NCBI GenBank assembly: GCA_050015075.1
Contig: JBEKCB010000012.1
Coordinates: forward strand, 52,036-116,035
Length of the DNA: 64,000 nucleotides
Reading direction: 5' to 3'
DNA from: Candidatus Brocadiia bacterium
Lineage (GTDB): Bacteria; Planctomycetota; Brocadiia; CAIUPP01
Each line of letters begins with the position of its first letter. The stretch's first letter is position 1. The notes beneath the pieces are model-generated. The model worked only from the letters and a program-made list of their open reading frames with translations, had not been told where the DNA came from and did not search any database. The translations under genes and the position numbers were made by a program. Below are positions 45,815 through 55,322 of this stretch, piece after piece.

Positions 45815-47047
45815 TTAACCTTTGTTCCAGCCCATTCGTCCCGCCATCTCGCTCATCAGGCTGAAGTACGCCAGCGTGTGCGCGACGGCGCTCAGCGGAA
45901 GGATGCGCACGCTGTAGCCGGGCACGTCAATCGCGGCATCGCCCGGCCGCCAGGGCAGATCGAGCCAGAGCAGCCCCTCATGATCTTTCAGCGCCTCCGG
46001 CCGCCCGTAAGGAGAACTGTAGATGAACCGGATTCCCCGGCGCAGGATGGCGCCGACCTTCTGGACATCCACCGGCGCATAGCCCAGGTGGATGTACACA
46101 TCTCCCTTGCCGAGGTCAGCCGGGGTCGCGGTCGCCAGGTCGCTGTTGGTCGTTCCCCAGCGGACCGGGTAGTTGCTCTCCTTGGGCAGCCCGAGGATCT
46201 GCGGATAGGAATGCCCGACGGCCGTCGCCGCGACGCGCTTTCCGGCGCGGTGCGCCTGGACCATCCAATCGCCGGCCCGCGTCAGCGCGCGCGACTGCCG
46301 GTCGAGCGTCTCGATCATGGAGTCAACCAACTGCAGATACTCCGCCGCGACGTGCCCGGCGGGAAGCGGTGGAACGTACCAGTCCTTGCTGTGGAAGAGC
46401 GGCACGAGCCACGGCTCGCGCCGGTTGCTCTCGTGCTTGGTGAGCGAGGTGTTGCGCGCGAGGGCGCCCTCGAGCCAGACGCTCATCCACACCGTCGGCA
46501 TCAGGCCCTTGCGGGTGCACGCGGCGATCAACTCACCGGCGGTCAGCCAGCCGCGCACAAGCTGTTCGAACGGGCGAAACGACGCCAGCGGCCGATGCTC
46601 GCCCATCGCATACAGCCCTTCTTCGGCGCGCGCTCCGCCGGTGAAGCCGGAGATGCGGTGGCGGAGTTTCGCTTCCAGTTCGTCAGGGCGCCCTATGACG
46701 AAGAGCCGCCGCCGGCTGTTCAGTTGCTTCTGAAACGCCTCGTCCTCAGCAGGCTTCCAGCGCCGAGGATCGGGCAGCCCGAAGAACGCAACGTCCCTGC
46801 TCGAGCCAAGCCCTTCCGCCCATCGGATGCCCATCAGCCCGCCGGCTCGGCCGGAGAACTCCGAGCGCGAGAAACTGCCCACCGGTGGCAGGCTGATATC
46901 TCCACCGGCCAGAAGCGGCTGGGCCATCTTCTCGCCCAACTGGGTGAAATGCGCGGTCTCGCGCCGCACGGCGGCGGTCCGCCGGCGCGCCTCGGCCAGG
47001 AATTCCTGCGCCGGGGTGTGAGCGGTCTTCCGGGCTGCTCGTGACAT
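45815..47047 (-). CDS. Hypothetical protein, possibly degenerate SIS-like domains
   Basis: Long coding-like ORF behind the SIS gene; EFSGRAGGL and GDAAIDVPGYSVRILPLSAV echo SIS-domain motifs. Confidence 0.65.
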   Translation of the reverse strand: MSRAARKTAHTPAQEFLAEARRRTAAVRRETAHFTQLGEKMAQPLLAGGDISLPPVGSFSRSEFSGRAGGLMGIRWAEGLGSSRDVAFFGLPDPRRWKPAEDEAFQKQLNSRRRLFVIGRPDELEAKLRHRISGFTGGARAEEGLYAMGEHRPLASFRPFEQLVRGWLTAGELIAACTRKGLMPTVWMSVWLEGALARNTSLTKHESNRREPWLVPLFHSKDWYVPPLPAGHVAAEYLQLVDSMIETLDRQSRALTRAGDWMVQAHRAGKRVAATAVGHSYPQILGLPKESNYPVRWGTTNSDLATATPADLGKGDVYIHLGYAPVDVQKVGAILRRGIRFIYSSPYGRPEALKDHEGLLWLDLPWRPGDAAIDVPGYSVRILPLSAVAHTLAYFSLMSEMAGRMGWNKG

Positions 47048-47074
47048 GGAACGTTCTCCTGAAGAAAGTTTCGG

Positions 47075-47836
47075 TTACAGGTCTTTGACGCGGGCGCGGT
47101 AGCGCTTGATCATCTCGCTGTTGAAGGCATCGCCGCCGGGCAGATTGGCGCTGCGGAAAATCGGCGGCTGCAGCCCGCGGCGGAGCATCTCCGTCACCGA
47201 CTCGATCACCATGCGATGCGCGATGTACGCGTCCACCATGGTCGAGGTCGGCGCCAGCGCCACGTTGAATCCCTCCACTTTGAACGCCGCGTCGCCGTAG
47301 GGATTCTGATCGTCAATCGCCAGGTCGGCATAATCGAAGAGGTGTTTCTTGTTGGGATGGCGGATCGGGTGATCGAGCGGCAGCTTGCGCCGCCAATTCG
47401 ACGAGGAGATCGCGATGATCTTCGCCCCGCGCTTCTTCGCCTCTTCCGCCGCGTCAATCGTCGTGGGATTCATGCCGATGTTGTGGAAGATGATCAGCAG
47501 GTCGTCCTGCCCGACGCCGTAGTAGCGGATGAGGCAGTTGGCGTAGCCGGTGGTGCGCTCGACCTCCAGGTACTTCAGCGCCTGGCAGACGGGCGTGATG
47601 TCGTGGCCGATGATCGGGTTGATGTTGGCCAGGCCGCCGGCGCGGAAGAACATCTCGAAGATCATCAGGCAGGTGTGCCCGCCGCCGCCATAGACATGCA
47701 CCAGCCGATCCTGCTCATAGGCGTCGGCGATCATCGCGCCGGCGCGCACGAACTTCGCGGCGTTCCGCTTCTCGACCGAGGCGAGCTTTGCGCCCACGTC
47801 CTTCAGGTATTCCTGACCGTAGTCGCGCTTGCGCAT
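47075..47836 (-). CDS. SIS (sugar isomerase) domain-containing protein
   Basis: VHVYGGGGH, EMFFRAGGL, IDAAEEAKKRGAKIIAISS, IDDQNPYGDA, PPIFRSANLPGGD. Confidence 0.88.
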   Translation of the reverse strand: MRKRDYGQEYLKDVGAKLASVEKRNAAKFVRAGAMIADAYEQDRLVHVYGGGGHTCLMIFEMFFRAGGLANINPIIGHDITPVCQALKYLEVERTTGYANCLIRYYGVGQDDLLIIFHNIGMNPTTIDAAEEAKKRGAKIIAISSSNWRRKLPLDHPIRHPNKKHLFDYADLAIDDQNPYGDAAFKVEGFNVALAPTSTMVDAYIAHRMVIESVTEMLRRGLQPPIFRSANLPGGDAFNSEMIKRYRARVKDL

Positions 47837-47877
47837 GCTTGCACCCTTTCCGTTCCAGGAGCCGCACGAAAGGCCAC

Positions 47878-47906
47878 ATTCTGACGACTGAGTTCGCTCC
47901 GGTCAA
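47878..47906 (-). promoter_or_regulatory. Sigma70-like promoter TTGACC-N17-CAGAAT
   Basis: Upstream of the SIS gene; its -10 region is near-identical to 28663..28691. Confidence 0.6.
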
Positions 47907-47934
47907 GTAATTCTTCGGCGGTCTGCCGCGGTTT

Positions 47935-49089
47935 TCAGGAGGCGTCGTAACGGCCTTTATCCAGCGCCGCCTTGTACATCGCGGCCAGGTTCTCCTCGGG
48001 CACGCGCGGCGGAAGGTTGTTGGCTTCGGTGAGGACGAATCGCCCGCCGGTTTTGACGCCGCTGTCCAGAATCTCACAGGTGCGATCATAGACCTGCTGA
48101 GCCGTGCCGTGGCGCAGGAGCATGATGCCCGGGCCGCCGTTGATCTGCACGCCGGGGCCGAGTTCCCTGCGCATGCGGGTGAAATCAACCGGAAAGCCGC
48201 TGTCCCACGTCTGGACGTTCAATTCGTCGCGCAGGGTCTTCATGTGCCGCATGACGTCGCCGCAGAGGTGAATCCCGCGCGGCTTATCGGGGGCGAATTC
48301 GTCCAGGTATCGCTTGTGCCGCGGCATGACCATCCGCTTGTACATGGGCGTGCTGATGAGTTGGATGGAATCGTCGGCCAGCCCGCCGCCGAGGCTCTCG
48401 TCGTTCCAGTATTTGCGCCAGGCGTGGACCCGCTTGATGGCGGCGTCGGTGAGCCGGTCGAGCAACCGCTCCGCGTACTCCGGGTCTTCGGCCATATCGG
48501 TCATCATGTCCGTCCCACGCAGGTTCATGCCCGTGGTCAAAGGCCCGTCCGTGCCGGCCTGCTCGTACCGGCCGACCTTCACAGGCCGGCCGTGGAAGAC
48601 GTAGTCCTTCGCGATCTTTCCCATCTCCTCGTAGAACCGCAGGCCGCGCTTGGAGAGCGGATTTTCGATCGGCCGGTCAATGTCCACGTCGAAGATGCTT
48701 TCCCTGTTGACGGCGGTGAGGAACGGCTGCGTATCGGGAATCTGGCCTTCGCGGAAATGCCAAGCGGCGCCGAAGAAGGCCGCCTCGTGCGTATTCAGCC
48801 AGCTCACGGAGGCGGTCCACTGCTCCGGCAGGCCCGTGGGCGAGTCGCAATAGCGGTTGATGACCATGCGGCGATGGTGCTCGTGGCCGATCCAAGCCTC
48901 CATCATCACGCGCGGGTCATTGAAGATCTGCTCGAACGTCACCCCTGTGCGGTTGAGCTTCGGGTCGAGCACAACGATGCGCGGATTGCTGGAGATGGAC
49001 ACCGGCACGCGAATCGGCTTACGCTCATTGAAGGCCTTCCAAACGGCTTCCTTCTCGGCATTGCTGATCTGCGGGATTTCCCAAGACAT
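47935..49089 (-). CDS. Uroporphyrinogen decarboxylase/MtaA-like family protein
   Basis: DGPLTTGMNLRG, ADDSIQLIS..MY..MVMP, IHLCGD, GGRFVLTEANNLPPRVPEENL. Confidence 0.85.
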   Translation of the reverse strand: MSWEIPQISNAEKEAVWKAFNERKPIRVPVSISSNPRIVVLDPKLNRTGVTFEQIFNDPRVMMEAWIGHEHHRRMVINRYCDSPTGLPEQWTASVSWLNTHEAAFFGAAWHFREGQIPDTQPFLTAVNRESIFDVDIDRPIENPLSKRGLRFYEEMGKIAKDYVFHGRPVKVGRYEQAGTDGPLTTGMNLRGTDMMTDMAEDPEYAERLLDRLTDAAIKRVHAWRKYWNDESLGGGLADDSIQLISTPMYKRMVMPRHKRYLDEFAPDKPRGIHLCGDVMRHMKTLRDELNVQTWDSGFPVDFTRMRRELGPGVQINGGPGIMLLRHGTAQQVYDRTCEILDSGVKTGGRFVLTEANNLPPRVPEENLAAMYKAALDKGRYDAS

Positions 49090-49130
49090 TGTCATCGCCT
49101 GGAAACAGGTTGCCCGACGGTAACCACAAC

Positions 49131-50369
49131 TCACTGACCGGCTTCGGACTTTCCGCTGAAGCGAAGGACCCATCGCGGCGTCCACAGGCCGCCCCAACTG
49201 CCCGGATCATAGTTGGCCATGAAAATCTCCCGCAGCGTCGGGTCAAAGGGCGCCAGGGCTTCCCAGAGTTCACCAGGCTCATCCGGCCAGCGCGGGTCGG
49301 GCCGGCCGCCGTCAATCATCTGGAACTTCGCGTTCTTGACCTGCTTGTTCCACATGAAGTCGCGGTTGGTAGCGATAAGGCGCGCGATATCCTCCTTGGT
49401 GAAGACCAGGCCATGTTCGTACGCCGCCGCAATCGCCCCAGTGTCAATCCCGTAGTACTCGCCGTGCGGGTGTACGCCCACCCAGTGCTTCAAAGTCCCA
49501 TCCGCATTATGGTCCCACGGCACGCCCGGGTCCCAGTAGTCCCAGACAAAATACTTGCCGTCGTCCCGGAGCTTCATACGGGAGCGCATCACCCGGAACC
49601 ACTTCTCGGCGCGTTCCTTGTAGATGGGCTTGTGCGTCACGTCGTACATGGCCAGCATCCACTCGGCGATGATGTTTTCCTTGTTGTCCGGCAGGGAGTT
49701 GCCGTCCGTCTTTCTCCGTTCATATCCGCCAGGCTCAGTCCACTTGCCGGTCTGGGGATCCAGCCCGAAGGGCGGAACGACCCAGATGCCGCCTTCCGGC
49801 GTATCGCGCCAGGCGCCGCGCGAATCCCATTTCTCGAAGGTTCGCTCGGCAAGCCGGATGTACTCTTCGGCCTTGGCGCCATACTTTTCCTTCAGGGCGG
49901 GCGACTTGAGAATCTCGCCGGCCATCAGCACCAGCGGACGAAGGAGCATCGCATCGCCGACCTCGACGTCCGTGTAGCGCTCCTTCACGCCGGGCGGAAG
50001 GTACTCGACGACGCCGTCGTCCGCAGGCTTGGGCCAGCCGATGTAGCCGTCCGGCTCCTTGACGCCGCGCTTGATGACGGAGTCGCCCCAATCCATCAGC
50101 CGGTCCACCCACTCGCGGTCGCCGGTGGCCATGTAGCCGTAGTAGTACCCGTTCAGGAACGGACTGACCAGCCAGCCGATCTCCTCGCCCATCTCCCGGT
50201 CGCAATAGCGGTCCTTGCTCTCGCGAAGGATGTTCTGCTTCCAGCGCTGCATCCACTCCCGGGCGAGCGCCGGATCCATCGCCTGGCCCTGGGCGGTGGA
50301 AAAGCCGAACGGAAGAATCCACGCGAGGAGCAGTCCGCAGATCGCGCCGCGATACAATCTATGTGACAC
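49131..50369 (-). CDS. Secreted hypothetical protein, paralog B2
   Basis: GTG start inferred by alignment to B1/B3; same family motifs. Confidence 0.85.
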   Translation of the reverse strand: MSHRLYRGAICGLLLAWILPFGFSTAQGQAMDPALAREWMQRWKQNILRESKDRYCDREMGEEIGWLVSPFLNGYYYGYMATGDREWVDRLMDWGDSVIKRGVKEPDGYIGWPKPADDGVVEYLPPGVKERYTDVEVGDAMLLRPLVLMAGEILKSPALKEKYGAKAEEYIRLAERTFEKWDSRGAWRDTPEGGIWVVPPFGLDPQTGKWTEPGGYERRKTDGNSLPDNKENIIAEWMLAMYDVTHKPIYKERAEKWFRVMRSRMKLRDDGKYFVWDYWDPGVPWDHNADGTLKHWVGVHPHGEYYGIDTGAIAAAYEHGLVFTKEDIARLIATNRDFMWNKQVKNAKFQMIDGGRPDPRWPDEPGELWEALAPFDPTLREIFMANYDPGSWGGLWTPRWVLRFSGKSEAGQ

Positions 50370-50406
50370 ATCGGCCCTTTCAGAAGCGCTGCAAGTTCGT
50401 TTTGTG

Positions 50407-50433
50407 ATTACCACAAGGCTGCGGGAGAGTCAA
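50407..50433 (-). promoter_or_regulatory. Putative promoter TTGACT-N15-GGTAAT of paralog B2
   Basis: Conserved with the B1 upstream region and both remnants. Confidence 0.55.
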
Positions 50434-51938
50434 GCCGCCGCCGGATTGCCGATACGATGGATGAGAGAAGCGAGCAACTCTATCAATAAGGCCTCCGAAT
50501 CCGGGCTGAAGATGGCCGAGTTGGAGCCGTACCCGCCCAGCGGAAATTCCGCCGCGGTGGGCAGATAACCGAGATATCCGTTGCACTCCTCCGCGACGAT
50601 CACGCGCATCGGCGCGCAGCGTTTTCTGAGTTCCACGCTGTAGGCGCCGAAGGGTTCGCCCGGCAGGCCGGCAAGCGCCACGTCACCGATCCGCAACGCA
50701 AAGAGCGGATGCCGAACCTTTCCGCGGGCGAGCGCCTCGACCGTCAAGCCGGTCCAGCTCAGATGCGTGTCCTCCGCCGCATAGCTCAGGCGCTCGATTT
50801 CATCGGAAAGCGATTTCAACCGCTGCCATTTATCCGGAATGCTTGAAGTCCGCACTTCATGGAACTCCCGGCGAACGGTTTCCAGGGTCTTCTTCGCCTG
50901 TTCCACCGAGCGCGGATAATCATGCCGGACCGGAAGCGCGACATTCGCCGAATCGGCGCGCACGTCCGTCACCGGCTTCCACGTCGCTGTCCGCAGCGCC
51001 TCCAGCAATTGCCGCGCGACCTGTTCCCCGGTGCGTTCCGCCAGGGCGCGCGACTTTTCGCCGACCAGCGGCGCCTGGTCGCCGCAGGGACCCGTGAAGA
51101 AAACCGCCTCGCCGCCGAATTGGCGCCCCAGCGCCCGGCGCAGATAGAACGGATAATCGCCGCTGTGATGGACGCTCCTGCCATGGCGCGCGACGTTGGC
51201 CGTTATCGGATGCGCCGCCCAGCGGCTGATGCTGCCCAATGGCCGGCCATCAGTGGTCCTGAAGAAGATCCCCTGAATCAGCGGATCGTCCGGCTCGTCC
51301 AAGGTCAAATCCCGAGGCACGGCCGGCAGCCGATCGTGCAACGTCGGCCATTGCGCGGAGGCGGGATAAGGATGGCGCAGCGCCACCTCCGGCCCGACCA
51401 TCAGCCCCTTCAAGGCGAGTTCCAGCAACTCCGCGCAGCCGGCCCGGCCGTCCGGCCGCACGTCAAAACCGTAATAGAAAGTAAAAGAGCCGACGCCGTT
51501 GAATCTCTTCCGCCGTTTGACCACGCCGGCCGGGCGAGGCGCCGTTTCAACATAAGCCATTGAGGCCGGCTGCGCCGCGCGCAGAGCCTGCTCGGCGGCT
51601 TCGGCAAACCGCGCCGCGAGCCGATCGAGATCGAACTCAACCGGGCTGTCCAATGGAACGCCGTGGTTCTGCGTGCAGAACACGCCCACTTGTTCCGGCG
51701 TCGTGCCGATTGACCGGGCAACCTGGTCCCTGATTCTCAGGCAGGTCGCCGGCAGCATGGAAAGCATGTCGCAGTTCATGACGGCGACCGGCGGGCCCTG
51801 GCCTCTGCGCAGGACCACCGCACTCGCCTCGATGTCGTCTTCAAACGGCAAATCCGTCGCCCACGTGCCTCGCAGGCTCGTTCGGCCGAAGCCGATACTT
51901 ACGGCGTCGGCCTTGACGGCGTGAGCTTTGGAAAGCAT
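50430..51938 (-). CDS. Neutral/alkaline ceramidase-like amidohydrolase-fold protein
   Basis: FCTQNHG, RWAAHP, SGDYP, FFTGPCGDQ, LRIGDVALAGLPGEPF, NGYLGYLPT...GGY. Confidence 0.75.
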   Translation of the reverse strand: MLSKAHAVKADAVSIGFGRTSLRGTWATDLPFEDDIEASAVVLRRGQGPPVAVMNCDMLSMLPATCLRIRDQVARSIGTTPEQVGVFCTQNHGVPLDSPVEFDLDRLAARFAEAAEQALRAAQPASMAYVETAPRPAGVVKRRKRFNGVGSFTFYYGFDVRPDGRAGCAELLELALKGLMVGPEVALRHPYPASAQWPTLHDRLPAVPRDLTLDEPDDPLIQGIFFRTTDGRPLGSISRWAAHPITANVARHGRSVHHSGDYPFYLRRALGRQFGGEAVFFTGPCGDQAPLVGEKSRALAERTGEQVARQLLEALRTATWKPVTDVRADSANVALPVRHDYPRSVEQAKKTLETVRREFHEVRTSSIPDKWQRLKSLSDEIERLSYAAEDTHLSWTGLTVEALARGKVRHPLFALRIGDVALAGLPGEPFGAYSVELRKRCAPMRVIVAEECNGYLGYLPTAAEFPLGGYGSNSAIFSPDSEALLIELLASLIHRIGNPAAA

Positions 51939-51958
51939 GGTCCGCTCCACAGCGCGAG

Positions 51959-52867
51959 TCAATCCTCGAGATTCAGGTGGCGCAGTTCCGCCGGCGCGAG
52001 CTGGACCTCCAGCGCCTGCAATGCGCCGCGGAGATGGTCGAGCGAGCCCGTCCCGATGATGCCGAAGGTCGGGAACGGCTGGCAGAGCACGTAGGCGAGG
52101 GCGATGTTGATCGGCTGAACGCCGCGCTTCGCGGCCAGCTCCCTTGCGCGTGCCAGCCGCTGGAAGTTGTCCTCGCTGTACCAGCAACGGGCGAACTCCG
52201 GTTCCGAGCGGTTCTCCGGACTCGCGCGGCCGGCGAAAAAGCCGCACGCCTGGCTCGACCAGGACACGAGCGGCATCTGCGTGCGTCGGAACCACTCGCG
52301 CGAGCGCGCGTCGGACGAAGCGAGGCATCCGCTCACCGGCGCCTCGACCATCCGCGCGAGGCTGAAGTGGTTGCTGATCGCCGCGAAGCCGGCCAGCCCG
52401 CGCGACCGCGCGTACTCGTTCGCGGCCTCGACGCGCTCGATACTCCAGTTCGATCCGCCGATGACGCGCATCCGCCCGGCCTTCAGATGCTCGTTCAGCG
52501 CATCCACGAATTCGCCGACCGGGACCTCCGGATTGTCGCGGTGCAACATGTAGATGTCCACGTAATCCGTTTGAAGGCGCTCCAGGCTCTCCATGAACTG
52601 AATGGTGAGGGCCTTCGGAGTGCAGAACGGCGTGTGGGCGCCTTTATCGAGGATGATGACCTGCCCGCGGATGTTCCGGCTCTTCACCCAATGCCCAAGG
52701 GTTTTTTCACACGCCCCGTAGCCGTAGATCCAGGCGGTGTCGAAGCAGTTCCCGCCGGACTTGACGAAATCGTCGTAGATCACTTCCGCCCGCGCCGGGT
52801 CCTGGATCGCGCCCATGACCACGCGCGAGACGGGCGCTTCGATGCCCGGTATCCGGCCGAATTTCAT
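51959..52867 (-). CDS. Aldo/keto reductase
   Basis: GGNCFDTAWIYG, SLERLQTDYVDIYMLHRD, IGGSNW, IALAYVL. Confidence 0.92.
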   Translation of the reverse strand: MKFGRIPGIEAPVSRVVMGAIQDPARAEVIYDDFVKSGGNCFDTAWIYGYGACEKTLGHWVKSRNIRGQVIILDKGAHTPFCTPKALTIQFMESLERLQTDYVDIYMLHRDNPEVPVGEFVDALNEHLKAGRMRVIGGSNWSIERVEAANEYARSRGLAGFAAISNHFSLARMVEAPVSGCLASSDARSREWFRRTQMPLVSWSSQACGFFAGRASPENRSEPEFARCWYSEDNFQRLARARELAAKRGVQPINIALAYVLCQPFPTFGIIGTGSLDHLRGALQALEVQLAPAELRHLNLED

Positions 52868-52946
52868 AGGGTGGCCCTTTCAAAAGGCAAGTGTCTGCCG
52901 GACCGGATACTAACCGCAGGCTGCCGATTATTCAAGAGGGCCGCGC

Positions 52947-52969
52947 CGCATAGGAATTTTCCCTATGCG
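52947..52969. promoter_or_regulatory. Inverted repeat, candidate operator between divergent genes
   Basis: CGCATAGG-N7-CCTATGCG. Confidence 0.4.
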
Positions 52970-53241
52970 AAGAACGGGCGCGTGCCCGATTGATCGCCGC
53001 CGCCGGTCTGATATGATGCCCAGTGCGGGGCGAGAGCCGGTCGCAAGGGATTGCGGGAAGATGTGGGGGGCGAACCCGGGCGGCTGGATCGAAGCAAGGC
53101 GGTTCGGCGTGAAAGCGTCGAGCCGTCTTCTTTTTAACGGGCTATTCGGCGCCTTCGGTTAGAGCGACTCGGCCGGCCGAGACGGCCGGCAGCAGAACAA
53201 CCGGCATCGCCCGCTCCGGCGCGAATTCGATCCGCCGATTG

Positions 53242-53270
53242 TTGACAGGTATGGACAAGCGGCGTAACAT
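53242..53270 (+). promoter_or_regulatory. Sigma70-like promoter TTGACA-N17-TAACAT
   Basis: 28 nt upstream of ATG 53299. Confidence 0.6.
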
Positions 53271-53298
53271 GACGCGGATCAATTTTAAGGAGTCCGGC

Positions 53299-54306
53299 AT
53301 GAAGATGCGTTTCAGCGGCATAATGCCGCAGGGCATCGAGAAGCTGTTCGTGCGCGACGACCTGCGCCGCGTGATGGCCGAATTCGGCAGCTACACCGCG
53401 CACCCGTTCGACGGGGGCAGCGATCACACCGCGGAGTTGATCCCGATCCTGCGTGAAACGGACGTCGCGCTGACGGCGTGGAGCAGCCCGCGCCTGCCGC
53501 TCGACATCCTGCGCGACAAGCCGCGGCGGCTGAAGTACGTCTGCAACGTCTCCGGCGGTCTCAAGGGCTGGATCCCGAAGGAATACATCGAAGCGGGAAT
53601 CCTGGTGACGAACTGGGGCGACGGGCCGATGTGGTACCTGGCCGAAGGGAACCTGGCGCTGATCCTGGCCTGCACGCGCGAGATGCCGCGCCTGCGCCGC
53701 CACATGCTCGAGCAGCCGACGTGGCTGTACAACTACGCCTCGCCCTACCCGACGCTCCGCCGGAAGATCGTCGGCTTCATGGGGTTCGGCGCGGTCGGGC
53801 GGCTGTTGCTCGGGCTGCTCGCGCCGTTCGAGGTCAAGGCCATCGCGTACGATCCCTACGTCGCCGCGCTGCCCGAACCGGTCGCGCGCTGCGGGACGCT
53901 CGAGGAGCTTTTCGAGCAGTCCGACGTCCTCACCATCCAGGCTGGCCTGACGGAGGAGACCACCGGGCTGGTCGGGCGCGCGCTGCTCGACCGGCTCAAG
54001 CGCAACGCCATTTTCATCAACACCGCCCGCGGCAAGATCGTGCGGGAGAAGGAGCTGATCGAGTTCCTCCGGGCCAGGCCGGACGTTTTTGCGGGGCTGG
54101 ACGTTTTCGAGCAGGAGCCTTTGCCGAAGGATTCGCCGCTGCTGCAGATGGACAACGTCATCTGCTATCCGCACAGCATCTGCGAGGTGGGCGAGGCGAT
54201 GTTCGCGGAGTCCGCCGGTTACGCCGCGGCCAACATCCGCGCGTTCTGCACCGGCAAGCCGGTCGTCGCGCAGATCACGGCGGAGAAATACGGCCGCATG
54301 ACGTAG
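53299..54306 (+). CDS. D-isomer-specific 2-hydroxyacid dehydrogenase family protein
   Basis: VGFMGFGAVG, YDPY, FINTARG, GLDVFEQEP, YPHS; AAGGAG RBS. Confidence 0.92.
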   Translation: MKMRFSGIMPQGIEKLFVRDDLRRVMAEFGSYTAHPFDGGSDHTAELIPILRETDVALTAWSSPRLPLDILRDKPRRLKYVCNVSGGLKGWIPKEYIEAGILVTNWGDGPMWYLAEGNLALILACTREMPRLRRHMLEQPTWLYNYASPYPTLRRKIVGFMGFGAVGRLLLGLLAPFEVKAIAYDPYVAALPEPVARCGTLEELFEQSDVLTIQAGLTEETTGLVGRALLDRLKRNAIFINTARGKIVREKELIEFLRARPDVFAGLDVFEQEPLPKDSPLLQMDNVICYPHSICEVGEAMFAESAGYAAANIRAFCTGKPVVAQITAEKYGRMT

Positions 54307-54358
54307 GCGCTGGTCGCCCGGCCGGAGGACGAACTCTACCGGGCGCGCGCCTTATGCT

Positions 54359-55189
54359 TTACGCTTTCTTCGCCTTTCCCTTCGTCGCTTCCTTCAGCAG
54401 CTTGCGGGTGAGCTTGACGTAGGTCGGGAAGGCGACCTCCGGCTCTTCCAGGTCCGGTTCCCACTTCTTCTCCCACTCGAACGACAGGTACCGGTCGTAT
54501 CCCGTGCTCATGATCAGCGCGAGCAGTTTCTTCAGGTCCAACTGGCCGGTGCCGGGCAGCTTGCTCTTGATCTTCCCGTCCACCATGGCGGCGTCCTTGA
54601 AGTGGACGTGCATGAGGCAATCGCGGAGGGCGGCGCAGGTGACCTCCGGCGCTTCCGAGAAGTAGCCGTTGGCCGCGTCCCAGCAGGCGCCGACCCGCGG
54701 CGAGCCGACGGAGGCGATGAGGGCCTTCAGCCGAGCCCCGTTCGTCCAGTCGTCGTGCGTCTCCAGCGCGATGTTGACGCCGGTCTTCTCGGCAGCCCCG
54801 GCCACGCGCTTCACCCCTTCGGCCACGCGCGCCATGTTGGCCTTCTCGTCGAGCTGCTTGGAAAACACGCCGCCGAACAGCCGCAGCGTCGGGCAGCCGA
54901 TGTCCTTCGCGGTCTCCAGGAAGCACTGGGCGAGCCGGATGCTTTCCTTGAGCTTGGCCGGATCGTCCATCGTGAAGCTGCTGTAGCCCATGATGGCGGC
55001 GATCTGGATGCCGTGCGAGTCGAAGAGCTTGCGGATGCGCGCGCGCTCCGCAGGCGTTTCTTCGGGGCCGATGTGCTCGCCGGCGACGCCGCGCAATTCG
55101 ACGCCGTCGAATCCCATCGCCTTCGCATTCGCGGCAATTTGCTCGAGCGTCCACTTGGGACATCCGAGCGTGGCAAAAGAAAGTTTCAT
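54359..55189 (-). CDS. Sugar phosphate isomerase/epimerase (xylose isomerase-like TIM barrel)
   Basis: MKLSFATLGCP, GFDGVELR, IALETHD, CWDAAN, HVHFKD, SFEWEK. Confidence 0.9.
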   Translation of the reverse strand: MKLSFATLGCPKWTLEQIAANAKAMGFDGVELRGVAGEHIGPEETPAERARIRKLFDSHGIQIAAIMGYSSFTMDDPAKLKESIRLAQCFLETAKDIGCPTLRLFGGVFSKQLDEKANMARVAEGVKRVAGAAEKTGVNIALETHDDWTNGARLKALIASVGSPRVGACWDAANGYFSEAPEVTCAALRDCLMHVHFKDAAMVDGKIKSKLPGTGQLDLKKLLALIMSTGYDRYLSFEWEKKWEPDLEEPEVAFPTYVKLTRKLLKEATKGKAKKA

Positions 55190-55322
55190 GCTGTCTCCTC
55201 CAAGGAATCCCTGCCGAGGGCGGCGGTCGCGTCCCAAAAGCCGGTCAAACGGGCAGCATCCTACGCCGGCTCGAATCACCTGTCAAGGAATGGAAGGCCG
55301 AATTTCTCCGAGGCGCGGCAGA

